A program made the position numbers and the translations under genes. The notes under the pieces are model-generated. The model saw only the letters and a program-made list of their open reading frames with translations. It was not told the origin of the DNA and did not search any database. A stretch of 64,000 nt of DNA from a virus. Its lineage: Duplodnaviria; Caudoviricetes. Of this stretch, positions 45,984 to 55,737 are shown one piece after another (positions within the stretch are counted from its first letter, which is position 1; each line of letters starts with the position of its first letter). The stretch covers positions 128,001-192,000 of IMG/VR virus record IMGVR_UViG_3300021254_000021. One strand, written 5' to 3'.

Positions 45984-46666
45984 TGGATACCTTCCTTACA
46001 CAAATCCCTATCCCCAATTTCCCTAGTCTATACTTAACTGAGATTGATTTGGATTCCACCTATTTCCCTCTATCACCTCTGGCGGATATTCTTGGTTATT
46101 CTACACCTTACTCTTTAATTCAGAATATCCCGCCAGAGTTAAAAATTAGTGTGTCAGAGCTTTACTCTTTATATACCTTATATCTCGACCAATTCTACTC
46201 ATATATACCGATGAATGAGAGAGTATTTAAAAAAAGTTTAGTTAAATATAAACCTCTATGGTTTACGAATAAAGAGGGTATTGTTTACATCCTTAGTAAA
46301 AATACCTTTACTATACCTAGATTGAAGGAAAGCATTGCTAAGGTTTTAGGTCTTTCCACAATAGCTCCGCCGCGTAAAGAATCTATCTTTTATGATGCTT
46401 TATATTCCATGCTTAGAGATACGGGAATAAAGATTAACCGACATCTCTATCTTGCGGGGTATTTTGTGGATATAGAACTATACCCCATTCATGTGGTTGT
46501 GGAGTATGATGAGAATAACCATAAGTATTACGACAAAGAAAAAGAGGATAAGAGAGAGAAGGTTTTAAAGGCATTAGGGTATAGTATAATAAGAACAGAT
46601 GATTCTGTACCTCCCATAGAGTCCGCAACGGCTGTATTTAAACAAATCCTACCAATGATCCAATGA
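45983..46666 (+). CDS. BRO-like N-terminus plus DUF559/Vsr-like endonuclease domain
   Basis: LADILGY; YFVD...VEYDENNH...DKRE...GYSIIR. Confidence 0.7.
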   Translation: MDTFLTQIPIPNFPSLYLTEIDLDSTYFPLSPLADILGYSTPYSLIQNIPPELKISVSELYSLYTLYLDQFYSYIPMNERVFKKSLVKYKPLWFTNKEGIVYILSKNTFTIPRLKESIAKVLGLSTIAPPRKESIFYDALYSMLRDTGIKINRHLYLAGYFVDIELYPIHVVVEYDENNHKYYDKEKEDKREKVLKALGYSIIRTDDSVPPIESATAVFKQILPMIQ

Positions 46667-47166
46667 ATGCCTCACTTTCTTTCCAACTTTCCGTCATAGA
46701 CTTTTACACAACCTTTCAATACCTCTTACAATATAGAAGTTCTGATTATATTGAGTTAAATCCAGACTCTTACATTCCCGATACCACAGTGTTTTGCCCT
46801 TTCCATGAGAATAAGGAAACGAAAGCGGCTAAACTGTATGGGAAAAATAAAGAGGATCAAAACCAGTCAGAAAAGCTGTATTGCTTTGCAGAAAATAGAC
46901 TCTATTTCCCTCATTCTCTTTTATCCCCACCAAAGAATGTGGTGGATAAATCTGTATTATTCCAATTTAAATCCATTATTCCCTATGACCCAAATTGGGT
47001 ATTTTCTGCAATTTGGAATCACCTTCCCGATACAGAGAAGGATTACTGGAAACAAACAAACCCCTCTTTATCCATTGGAGAACCTGTTAAGAAATATGGG
47101 GGTTTATATAGGGAATACAAAGAGGGTAAAAGAGACTTATTTTCCATTCTAAAAGAATTGAGCTAG
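46663..47166 (+). CDS. CHC2-type zinc-finger protein (primase Zn-binding-like)
   Basis: FCPFHE...K...YCF; the fourth ligand appears degenerate. Adjacent to the polymerase. Confidence 0.55.
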   Translation: MNASLSFQLSVIDFYTTFQYLLQYRSSDYIELNPDSYIPDTTVFCPFHENKETKAAKLYGKNKEDQNQSEKLYCFAENRLYFPHSLLSPPKNVVDKSVLFQFKSIIPYDPNWVFSAIWNHLPDTEKDYWKQTNPSLSIGEPVKKYGGLYREYKEGKRDLFSILKELS

Positions 47167-47179
47167 GTCGTATTACACA

Positions 47180-47216
47180 AGGAATGTTGCACATAGACAA
47201 CATTCCTTTTCTTTTT
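47180..47216 (+). terminator. Hairpin/terminator upstream of the polymerase
   Basis: AGGAATGTTG-CACATAGA-CAACATTCCT followed by a T-tract. Confidence 0.7.
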
Positions 47217-47247
47217 GGTAATCCTTTAGCCAATAGGAGTAGATGAA

Positions 47248-50200
47248 ATGGCTAGTACACCATACAAGCACTTTGTTCCACCTGTACCTTTAAATCCAGA
47301 CTATGACAAAAACTTTACCTATGTTTTAATAGAGACCTTAGACCAATTAAAAGACTCTTTTCAAAAAGGTGTAGTGATAGCGTGGGATACGGAAACAACA
47401 GGATTGAATCCTGTTGAGTCTGAGATAGTTGGATTTTCATACTCTTATGATGGACAGACAGGCTATTATTGCCCTGTAAAGCACTTTGATCTAGCTTTAG
47501 GAAAACCCGCATTAGACTTATTCTACCAAGCCTTAAAAGACGCCAAATTACAGCTCTTATATAATGCAAGATTTGATATTCGCATGATGGAGTATTCTGG
47601 CTATGATATGTCTTTTTTATATCCGAAAAACCCAGATACTAATTTGTCGCAAGCTGTTTTCATTGATGTAATGAATCAGGTATGGTTGGCAGATACCAAT
47701 ATTCCACTACCCTCATTAAAATCCTCTACCCTTCACTTTTTAGGCTATCAGCCACCAAAATTTTTAGAGACTTTGGGGGATGAGCAAAACTTTAAGTATG
47801 TACCCGCCAAAGATGCTTATCGTTATGCCTGTTTTACAGCAGATACGCTAATTCAGACTAAACATGGTCTTAAACAGATTAGTGAATTAAAGCCTAACGT
47901 AGATTTAATTAAAACATCTGATGGCTATCACCGACTCCTTAATGTTTTGGATCAAGGTGTGCAAAAGGTGATTAGAGTAAGCACACCTATTGGCACATCC
48001 TTTACCTGTACCCCAGACCATAAATTTGCAATGGAGATAGACCATTGTATTTGTTGGGTAGAGGCCAAAGATCTTGATAAAATCTCTTTTCATAAGAGGT
48101 ATTGTGGCGGGCAGTCTCTTTATGAAATAGAGAAATGCTACACACCGTCACCTATGGTAATGGATGACGGGAATGCGTGTAAAATAGAGTATGTGGATGA
48201 ACCACAACCCGTATTTGATCTTACTATTGAAGATGAGCATAATTTCTTTTTACAGTGTGGTTTAATAGCACATAACTGTCTGGATGCTATTAACACAATG
48301 AATCTGTTTAAAGTTACGTATCGCTTTTATAAAGAGTCTGGTAAAGCCGCACAGTTGGATAATGCCTGTGTGTACATTATTGGACAGTTGGAAAAAACAC
48401 CTCTTAATATTGACACCGATTACTTGGTAGATCTTAGGGATAAGGTTTATAGCCGTGTATTAGAACTAGAACAAGAGATTTATTCCATTGCGGGACATCC
48501 TTTTAAGATCGGTTCTAACAGAGAACTTACTTTAGTTTTCCAAGAACATGGAATTGATACGGGGGAGAGAACAAAAGCAGGGGATATGAAAACGGGGATA
48601 GAATTATTAAATATGTATCTTCGTAATCACCCAGAATGTACACTGTTAAAGCTACTAATAGAGTACAAAGAGCAATTCAAGTTCTACAACTCTTATCTTA
48701 AAACCCTTGTAGATATTGCCAAAAAGCAAGACACTGTTCCACCTAGATTCTCTTATAAATTACAATCTGTTCCTTGTTTGACAGAGAACAACTTGGTTTT
48801 AATTAGGGATAAAGGAATAACCTACATACCAGAGGTAAAGGAGCAAGACTATATCTGGACGCAGTATGGATATAAAAGAGTTTTATGGTGTAATAGCCAT
48901 AAAACAGAGGATGTTTACCGCGTTACTTTTGAAAATGCGGTATTTATAGAGGGTACTGCGCATCACCCAGTCTTAGTAAATAAAGGGACAGAGATAAATC
49001 CAGAGTTGGAGTGGGCTACTTTGGAATCATTAAAAGAAGGGGAGAGGGTAATATTTAATCATCATACTCCACCTTTGCAATACTCTGATGATCCTAAAGA
49101 AAAAGAGCTGTCTAAGTATTTAGAATATTTAGGTTATTTAATAGCCGTGAATATTGAGCCTAGCGTGCAATATCAGGTAGATTGGATTGAGACAAGGGAT
49201 GATTTGTTTAAACAGGCTTCTAACGAGTTTAGGCAAATGACTCATACAATCACGTCAAATCCCGGCTACCTGTTTGATTTAGTGATTAAATCTAAGCCAT
49301 ATCAGTGGATTCATTTCTTACAAGGAATCTTTTTCTCTGTATTTGAAACACCCGTAGCACAAACATGGAATAACTCTAATATGGATGAGTTTATTCTAAG
49401 ATCACAAACGCCTTTACTATTAACCTTCTTAATGAATATCCTTAGTTACTTGGGTATCCCAACATCCCTAGCCTATGATGATGATTCCTTCTTTATTATC
49501 TTTAATACATCGCAGTCTCTAACACTTTTAAAGACATTGATTATAACAGACTCTAACTCTCATTATCTCAAATCCTTATTCCAGAACTATAATCCATTCA
49601 ATTATTTTATAGAGTATGCTGATTCTAAGGTAAAAGCAAAAGAGAAAATGGAAGGGGAGCATACTGTCTATGATATTGAAGTAGAGGATGTGCATGAGTA
49701 TGTGGCCAATGGTATTGTCACACATAATACAGGCAGACTTGCTACTGGTAAAGATGGCAAGAATACCTACTTTGCACCAATTAACCTTCAATGCTTAGAA
49801 GAAAATACATTGATTAAAACGGAGCGTGGTAATATACCTATTAAAAATGTGACAGAGAAGGATCTTGTTTGGACAGGTACACGTTTTGTACCTTGTAAAC
49901 CATTAGGAAGTAAACAAAAAGAGTGCTTTAAAATAAAGACTTTATGGGGAGAGATTGAGGCTTCCTTAGAGCATAGATTTTTAACCATTAATATCTATGA
50001 CGACTATAAAATAGAGTGGCATACTCTAGCAGAATGTATTTCTCGTAAACTACCCTTAGTAAAAGATCCACAATCATTAGGTATTCAGTTTGACGATCTT
50101 TATAATCACCCCACGTATTCTGTCATAGGAAACCTAAGAAAAGAGTTAGACCTAGACCGTTATCGTAAAGTTGCCGAGTTTTACAAGTCTTATAAATTTG

Positions 50201-52626
50201 ACATTATCATAGAATGTCCGTGGCAATTCTGGAAACCTGATTTATACCCTTTCCCAGAATTAACAAAGACTGTCTATGACCTCTATGTTCCAGAGTATAA
50301 CCAGTTTACAGCTAATGGGTTTATTGTACATAATTCTTTGCCCAAGCCCAAGTCTATAAAGTGTTATGCCAGAAAAGCTACTCCCGAGGAAATAGAAAAT
50401 AAACAGGATGTATTAGGATGGATGTTTTCACCTAATCACCCTGAGTGGAGTCCCGGGAAAGTAGTAGAAGGAATGGATCAGAATCTTAATGTTAGAGCCG
50501 CATTTCTACCAGAACATCCAGAAAACGGAGATTATGTGGTGTCTTGCGATATGTGCTTAGAGGCGGGATCTCCTGTACAAACAAAACGTGGTTATTTAGG
50601 TATATCAGAATTAAAGGTTGGTGATGAAATATACTCGCCTCAAGGATGGGTGGAAGTTATTCGCGTAATGCAGACAGGTATAAAGAAACTCATTAAGGTA
50701 TTACCTGATAATGGTGGGCAAGCCCTTTATTGCACAGAGGATCATCATTTCCCTATTGATAGTAAAAAGATAGAAGCTAGGAATATTAAGGCTTCTTTAC
50801 CTTCTATTTCGTTTTATAGCTATAATGAAGAAATTGAAAAGCGTGGTTTGACTGAAGCAAAACTGTCTATGCTTAAAATGTGTAAGACACCCAAAGAAAA
50901 AGCAAATTATATAATAGCTAATAACCTAAAAGATTTCTTTATTTCATCCCTTCAAAAATATACTAGGGCAAACATAGCTCGATGGACAGGTACAAAAGTT
51001 TCGAGCTTTGGGCATATTTTAGACTACTTAGGTATTCATAAAACGAATAAGAGATATGCTTTTAAAGTAGATCGCTTTTATAACAATCCTTTCATAGATT
51101 CTAGTAATCCAACTTCAGCTTATCTGTTTGGTTATATTTTAGGTGATGGTAATATACATGAAAGAAAAAGTGGTATATCTACGTTAAATATTACTTCTAA
51201 AGATAAAGCACATCTCACACGTATCATGGAAATCTTTGGTAAAGATACAAAAATGCGTAAGCATAGTAGAGATGATAAAGAATGGTGGTCTATTGATATA
51301 ACAGATCAAGGTATTTGTAAACGTCTTAAAGAGTTAGGCATTAGTATGCGTAAGTCCACAGAACCTAGTTATGTAGATTTTACTTGGATTGGAGAGAACT
51401 TTAGACATTTTATTCGTGGTTTATTTGATTCAGATGGTTATGTTCGTATTAGTTCAGGTTTGGATTTAAGTTTTGTAGGACACGATTTATATATTAAGGA
51501 AATACAAAAAAGAATTGATGGAGATTGGGGATATAAATATACCCAATCCTTATCTTATTTATTTTTGCATGGTAGATTAGAACAAAAGAAGTTTATTCAT
51601 GCTTACTTATATCAAGGTGCAACTATTTGGTTACAAAGAAAACGAGATATTATAGAGCAATGGTATTTAGAACATTTTGGAGATATTATATGGCCTGTAT
51701 GGAATTGTACGGTAAATACACCAGAACACCTATATTATGCAAATGCTATATCTACTTCAAACTGCGGCGAGGAACTAAGAGTAGTAACAAATTTATTTAA
51801 AGAGGATTCTTGGGCTAGGATTATAAATTCTGGTGGAGATTTACATCATGCTAATTCTGATGCTATATATGGAGAAGAAAATTATACTAAAGAAACAAGG
51901 AAGAAAGCTAAAGGGGCAGCATTCGGAATGCTCTACGGCCAAGAATATAGAGGGTTTCAGCGTAAATTTCCCGATATGTCTTTAGATGAAGCAAAGGAAT
52001 TTATGATAAAGTTTAAACGTACAATACCACATATTGTACACGGTCAAGAGAGAATGATTAAAGAAGCAAGACGTACTGGGACATTTTATTCTGGTTTTGG
52101 TCGTCCGCGTAGAGTTAAACATTATCTAACATCACCTGATTATAAGGATGTAGCATTTGGTGAAAGAACGATCAAAAATGGCCCGATCCAAAGTACAGCC
52201 GCCGATGTTTTAAAGTTGGAATTAATAAGATTATGGGATAACCTATTTACCGTTTATCCAGAATACAAGTTTATTGTTACTATACATGACGAAATAGATG
52301 TTAGTATACCAAGACACCTAGCTAATGAGATTATCCCTAAGATGATTAGATGTATGACTGTACAAAGACCCTCTGATCTTGTACCTCTTGACTGTTCATT
52401 GAGTTGTGGCCCCACATTGGGTGCGCAATATGAAATGGTATATAACTTTGAGACAAAAGAATTTGAGCCCAAATGGGAAGAAGATAAACGTATAGAAACT
52501 CAAGAAAGTACACAAGAGGAAACAGAGAATAATGAATTGGATGAGGAAAAAGAGAATATAGATGATTCTATTTCTTATGAGGATGATTTAGTAGAGGAAG
52601 TAGATTCAAAGATGTTTGATTTTTAG
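47248..52626 (+). CDS. polA: Family A DNA polymerase with 3'-5' exonuclease and four inteins (about 741 aa mature)
   Basis: ExoI DTETTG, ExoII YNARFD, ExoIII YACLD after splicing, TGRL, NLQ, motif A SCDMCGEELRV, motif B RKKAKGAAFGMLYG, motif C IHDEI. Confidence 0.95.
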   Translation: MASTPYKHFVPPVPLNPDYDKNFTYVLIETLDQLKDSFQKGVVIAWDTETTGLNPVESEIVGFSYSYDGQTGYYCPVKHFDLALGKPALDLFYQALKDAKLQLLYNARFDIRMMEYSGYDMSFLYPKNPDTNLSQAVFIDVMNQVWLADTNIPLPSLKSSTLHFLGYQPPKFLETLGDEQNFKYVPAKDAYRYACFTADTLIQTKHGLKQISELKPNVDLIKTSDGYHRLLNVLDQGVQKVIRVSTPIGTSFTCTPDHKFAMEIDHCICWVEAKDLDKISFHKRYCGGQSLYEIEKCYTPSPMVMDDGNACKIEYVDEPQPVFDLTIEDEHNFFLQCGLIAHNCLDAINTMNLFKVTYRFYKESGKAAQLDNACVYIIGQLEKTPLNIDTDYLVDLRDKVYSRVLELEQEIYSIAGHPFKIGSNRELTLVFQEHGIDTGERTKAGDMKTGIELLNMYLRNHPECTLLKLLIEYKEQFKFYNSYLKTLVDIAKKQDTVPPRFSYKLQSVPCLTENNLVLIRDKGITYIPEVKEQDYIWTQYGYKRVLWCNSHKTEDVYRVTFENAVFIEGTAHHPVLVNKGTEINPELEWATLESLKEGERVIFNHHTPPLQYSDDPKEKELSKYLEYLGYLIAVNIEPSVQYQVDWIETRDDLFKQASNEFRQMTHTITSNPGYLFDLVIKSKPYQWIHFLQGIFFSVFETPVAQTWNNSNMDEFILRSQTPLLLTFLMNILSYLGIPTSLAYDDDSFFIIFNTSQSLTLLKTLIITDSNSHYLKSLFQNYNPFNYFIEYADSKVKAKEKMEGEHTVYDIEVEDVHEYVANGIVTHNTGRLATGKDGKNTYFAPINLQCLEENTLIKTERGNIPIKNVTEKDLVWTGTRFVPCKPLGSKQKECFKIKTLWGEIEASLEHRFLTINIYDDYKIEWHTLAECISRKLPLVKDPQSLGIQFDDLYNHPTYSVIGNLRKELDLDRYRKVAEFYKSYKFDIIIECPWQFWKPDLYPFPELTKTVYDLYVPEYNQFTANGFIVHNSLPKPKSIKCYARKATPEEIENKQDVLGWMFSPNHPEWSPGKVVEGMDQNLNVRAAFLPEHPENGDYVVSCDMCLEAGSPVQTKRGYLGISELKVGDEIYSPQGWVEVIRVMQTGIKKLIKVLPDNGGQALYCTEDHHFPIDSKKIEARNIKASLPSISFYSYNEEIEKRGLTEAKLSMLKMCKTPKEKANYIIANNLKDFFISSLQKYTRANIARWTGTKVSSFGHILDYLGIHKTNKRYAFKVDRFYNNPFIDSSNPTSAYLFGYILGDGNIHERKSGISTLNITSKDKAHLTRIMEIFGKDTKMRKHSRDDKEWWSIDITDQGICKRLKELGISMRKSTEPSYVDFTWIGENFRHFIRGLFDSDGYVRISSGLDLSFVGHDLYIKEIQKRIDGDWGYKYTQSLSYLFLHGRLEQKKFIHAYLYQGATIWLQRKRDIIEQWYLEHFGDIIWPVWNCTVNTPEHLYYANAISTSNCGEELRVVTNLFKEDSWARIINSGGDLHHANSDAIYGEENYTKETRKKAKGAAFGMLYGQEYRGFQRKFPDMSLDEAKEFMIKFKRTIPHIVHGQERMIKEARRTGTFYSGFGRPRRVKHYLTSPDYKDVAFGERTIKNGPIQSTAADVLKLELIRLWDNLFTVYPEYKFIVTIHDEIDVSIPRHLANEIIPKMIRCMTVQRPSDLVPLDCSLSCGPTLGAQYEMVYNFETKEFEPKWEEDKRIETQESTQEETENNELDEEKENIDDSISYEDDLVEEVDSKMFDF
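47830..48276 (+). mobile_element. Intein 1 (149 aa mini-intein) in ExoIII
   Basis: CFTADT...TPDH...FDLTIEDEHNFF...AHN followed by Cys. Confidence 0.9.
48775..49728 (+). mobile_element. Intein 2 (318 aa) with a degenerate LAGLIDADG region
   Basis: CLTENN...TAHHP...YDIEVEDVHEYVANGIVTHN followed by Thr of TGRL; YLGYLIA and FLQGIFF lack the acidic catalytic motif. Confidence 0.9.
49792..50334 (+). mobile_element. Intein 3 (181 aa mini-intein)
   Basis: CLEENT...SLEH...YDLYVPEYNQFTANGFIVHN followed by Ser. Confidence 0.9.
50554..51762 (+). mobile_element. Intein 4 (403 aa) with LAGLIDADG endonuclease, in polymerase motif A
   Basis: CLEAGS...TEDH; GYILGDG and RGLFDSDG; ends YANAISTSN followed by Cys. 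Confidence 0.88.
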
Positions 52627-52645
52627 CCCTTCTTTCTGATTAGAG

Positions 52646-52682
52646 GAAAAGCCTATCTATGTTCACGATAGGCTTTTCTTTT
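52646..52682 (+). terminator. Intrinsic terminator
   Basis: GAAAAGCCTATC...GATAGGCTTTTCTTTT. Confidence 0.75.
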
Positions 52683-52693
52683 ATGAGGTTATT

Positions 52694-53596
52694 ATGGTTA
52701 CGTTAAAGAAATATGTCACAGAGGCAAAACAGGTAGGAACAATTTATCATGTTTGCTCTTTATCCGATTTGGAATACCTCATTCCTAAAGACACTTTATC
52801 CAGTTCGGGCTCATACTATAATAAGCTGTTAAAGACAGATAAAGCTATCTCTTTTACCAGAGATAAGAATTTCTTTGTCGATGTACCTAATATAGCCAAT
52901 GCACCTATTCATGTGCAGTTAGTTGTAGATGGGGACAAGCTATCCGAGAATTACAAAGTCACTCCATACAATGACTTTTATACAAGGGGTGATTCAGACC
53001 CTAATGTGTATGCGCCTAAGTCACCTAATAAAATAGACCCGATGTATTTAGAAAAAGAAGAAGCTGTTATTGGCCCGATTAAGAAGTTTTCTAATTACCT
53101 AAAGTCTATAAAGGTTATTGTTAAATCCCTGCCTTATAAAGAGTTGGATGATATTCAATATATCATTGAGGATTTAATATCATACACTACTAAGAATAAC
53201 ATTCCTGTGGAGTTGGAGATAAAGGATTCCTCACTAAAAGGAAAAATTAAGAGCTTGAATGACATTCTCTCTTACAACCCGTATGATCTCACATCTATTA
53301 CGGATATAGAGGATGCTATCATACCTTTATTCCAAAAGGTAAAAGACCCAACCTCTTTTAAGAAGTTGTCTGACTATATCCACTCCCTACTTACTAATGG
53401 AATAACATTAACCTATAAGTCACCTATAACCAATAAAAAGAGCAAGAATGCAGATATAGATTTATTAAAGGATGATTTAGAATCCGTGGATTATCAAATA
53501 AACCAGTGTGAGACGTATATAGGTAGTAATGTTCTCACAGTAGCATTTAGACTGCGTGGTTACTCTGATTATGGGTATATGGAAATCCTTTTGTAA
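52694..53596 (+). CDS. Putative ADP-ribosyltransferase-like protein, paralogue B (MVTLKKYVTE leader) with an extra C-terminal region
   Basis: EAKQVG.IYH...SFTRDK...DGDK.SEN.KV.PYND...LEKEE is shared with 44286. Confidence 0.55.
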   Translation: MVTLKKYVTEAKQVGTIYHVCSLSDLEYLIPKDTLSSSGSYYNKLLKTDKAISFTRDKNFFVDVPNIANAPIHVQLVVDGDKLSENYKVTPYNDFYTRGDSDPNVYAPKSPNKIDPMYLEKEEAVIGPIKKFSNYLKSIKVIVKSLPYKELDDIQYIIEDLISYTTKNNIPVELEIKDSSLKGKIKSLNDILSYNPYDLTSITDIEDAIIPLFQKVKDPTSFKKLSDYIHSLLTNGITLTYKSPITNKKSKNADIDLLKDDLESVDYQINQCETYIGSNVLTVAFRLRGYSDYGYMEILL

Positions 53597-53610
53597 TAGG
53601 GGAAGGAATA

Positions 53611-54324
53611 ATGGACATTAAGCCTTTTTTGAAGTCGCTGTTTGAATCTACTTTAGTTAAGCTCCATGCTTCTACACCTGATGCTTTACAAAAGGAAATA
53701 GCAGAGGGTTTTCTCACATTCTTTGGTCTATTCAAAGACGGGGAACTGTTTATCTTAGACAATGCCAATATGTCTAAACTTTCCGCCTATGAGTTGTCAG
53801 AGGAATTACCTTTTACTGAAAGGGAAATAGAGGAATATCTTTCATTCATTAAAGGGATTAAATTAAACACTCAATTTACCTATAATGAAATCTATGTCCT
53901 GCCAGACAACCATTGGGCTATTGGTGGTATATACTCTATCTTTAAAGACTTAATTTTAGGCAAGGTTACATTTTTTACATTCCCTTTGGAGTTGGAATGC
54001 GTGCCTAATATAGGTGTTTCCTACGTCTTTTCTATCACCTTATCTAACATAAAAGGTGAAGGGCTTTATCTTAAAGTAAACCCTGAATATAGCGTCATAG
54101 AAAAGAGTGAAGTTAAAAAGAAATATAGCGGTTATTACGCTTCGGCAGACGGTACAATGGATGCAGAGGTAGTAATAAACAAGTTTGATCTTAACTTCAA
54201 TCTTGGTAATGTGTTAAAGTACATTATTAGGGCGGGTAAAAAAGACCCTTCCAAACACATAGAGGATTTGGAAAAGGCTAGGAAGTACATAGACTTTGAA
54301 ATAGAGAAGCTAGAAGGTGAATAA
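53611..54324 (+). CDS. Protein with C-terminal DUF3310-like domain
   Basis: FNLGNVLKYIIRAGKK...EDLEKARKYI. Confidence 0.75.
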   Translation: MDIKPFLKSLFESTLVKLHASTPDALQKEIAEGFLTFFGLFKDGELFILDNANMSKLSAYELSEELPFTEREIEEYLSFIKGIKLNTQFTYNEIYVLPDNHWAIGGIYSIFKDLILGKVTFFTFPLELECVPNIGVSYVFSITLSNIKGEGLYLKVNPEYSVIEKSEVKKKYSGYYASADGTMDAEVVINKFDLNFNLGNVLKYIIRAGKKDPSKHIEDLEKARKYIDFEIEKLEGE

Positions 54325-54388
54325 TAAAGGTGTCTATCTACTTAATTGTTTGGTAGTCACTTCGACTTTATTTGAAAGGAGAAATAAA

Positions 54389-54670
54389 ATGAATCGTGAA
54401 GATGATCTTAAGAACCTGTGGAAAGAATTACGCGAAATCTCTGAGGCCAAAGATGATGCCGAGGATAAAGCAGAGGAAGCCCCTGCCCCCAAAGAGACAG
54501 TAGAACTGGATGCTTTACTGTCTCGCTTAGAGGATATTGTTTCCCGCTTAGAAGAAGCATACGGGAAAAAAGACGATAAGAAAGAGGATAAAGAAGAATC
54601 TAAAGATGAAAAGAAAGAAGAGGAATATGTTCCCCGTCGCATTCGTCGCCCATTAAGAGGGAGAGAATAA
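54389..54670 (+). CDS. Highly charged small protein (scaffold/core-like)
   Basis: AAGGAG RBS before ATG 54389; E/K/D-rich coiled coil with a basic C-terminus. Confidence 0.55.
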   Translation: MNREDDLKNLWKELREISEAKDDAEDKAEEAPAPKETVELDALLSRLEDIVSRLEEAYGKKDDKKEDKEESKDEKKEEEYVPRRIRRPLRGRE

Positions 54671-54672
54671 TT

Positions 54673-55401
54673 ATGATTAGGAATGAGGCAATACAGAAAA
54701 CTGCATTAACTAATGCCGTTTGGGATGTGGTTAGAACACATCTTAGTGGAGTTTTGCCTTTCCCTGATGGTGAAGATTCTTTCATCTTTAAAGCCACTTA
54801 CTTTAAGTTTAAACCCGAGGAAATGGACATAGCTCTTGGTGCGGATGTAAAGGTAACTGTGGATGATTCCTCAATTACCCTTTATATCAACCGTAACTGT
54901 GATCCTAATGGTGGTTTTTCTCAAGTAATGGTTGAACCTGTCTCGCCAGAAAATCCTTTTGCCAAAGCTATTATAAACGTTTTAAACGTAATAGTAGAGG
55001 AAATACAAAAGCATGGTAAAGACTGGTGCAGAATAGGGAATTACAAAGCTCTCGTAATTCAGTCACCTTACATAGACAGACTAAAGGCTTTCTGTATGCA
55101 GAATCCCGATGTCAAAATCCCAATGGTAGCAAATGATCAATTATCCGCTGTTAAGGATGATTCCCCAGAGGTTTTGAGAACATTGAATGCCATGAATGGT
55201 GAGTCTTTACCAGAAGCTAAGGTGGATAAAATTAACGCGGAAATCCCTGATGGTGTTAAGCCACGTGTTAGAAAAGTTGCACCTGATAAGCCTATGTCAG
55301 ATCGCCAAAAGAAAAGACAGTTAAATAAACTTTTAGCGGTGGGTATTGGTGGTGGTAAAGATAAACCTAAACCGAGTAACCCTCGCGTTAGAAGGGGATA
55401 A
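54673..55401 (+). CDS. Hypothetical protein (MIRNE leader)
   Basis: 242 aa with RBS. Confidence 0.6.
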   Translation: MIRNEAIQKTALTNAVWDVVRTHLSGVLPFPDGEDSFIFKATYFKFKPEEMDIALGADVKVTVDDSSITLYINRNCDPNGGFSQVMVEPVSPENPFAKAIINVLNVIVEEIQKHGKDWCRIGNYKALVIQSPYIDRLKAFCMQNPDVKIPMVANDQLSAVKDDSPEVLRTLNAMNGESLPEAKVDKINAEIPDGVKPRVRKVAPDKPMSDRQKKRQLNKLLAVGIGGGKDKPKPSNPRVRRG

Positions 55402-55737
55402 ATGATGCTTGAGATTCATTCAAACTACTCTACCCAGTTTAATGAATACCTACTCAAGAAGATTAAAGCCGACCTTAAAAAGTCGGCTTTTTTCTTTAAT
55501 TCTGTATTCCTTTTCCACGGTAAAAAGTACACACTGAATCAGTGCATAGAATCTTTGTGTGTAGAAAGAGGGGTAATTAAATTTAATCTTTATTTGCCTA
55601 TTAAGCATTTAGTGTATAATAACCGCCAACTGTTTTGGGTGAATGTGATTAAACGATATAGTGATAACCTAGACAAGCTATATCTACTATGGAAGGGGAA
55701 AATACATAACCGTAAAACGATGAGCCGTAAAGTATGA
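55402..55737 (+). CDS. Hypothetical protein
   Basis: Abuts both neighbours. Confidence 0.55.
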   Translation: MMLEIHSNYSTQFNEYLLKKIKADLKKSAFFFNSVFLFHGKKYTLNQCIESLCVERGVIKFNLYLPIKHLVYNNRQLFWVNVIKRYSDNLDKLYLLWKGKIHNRKTMSRKV

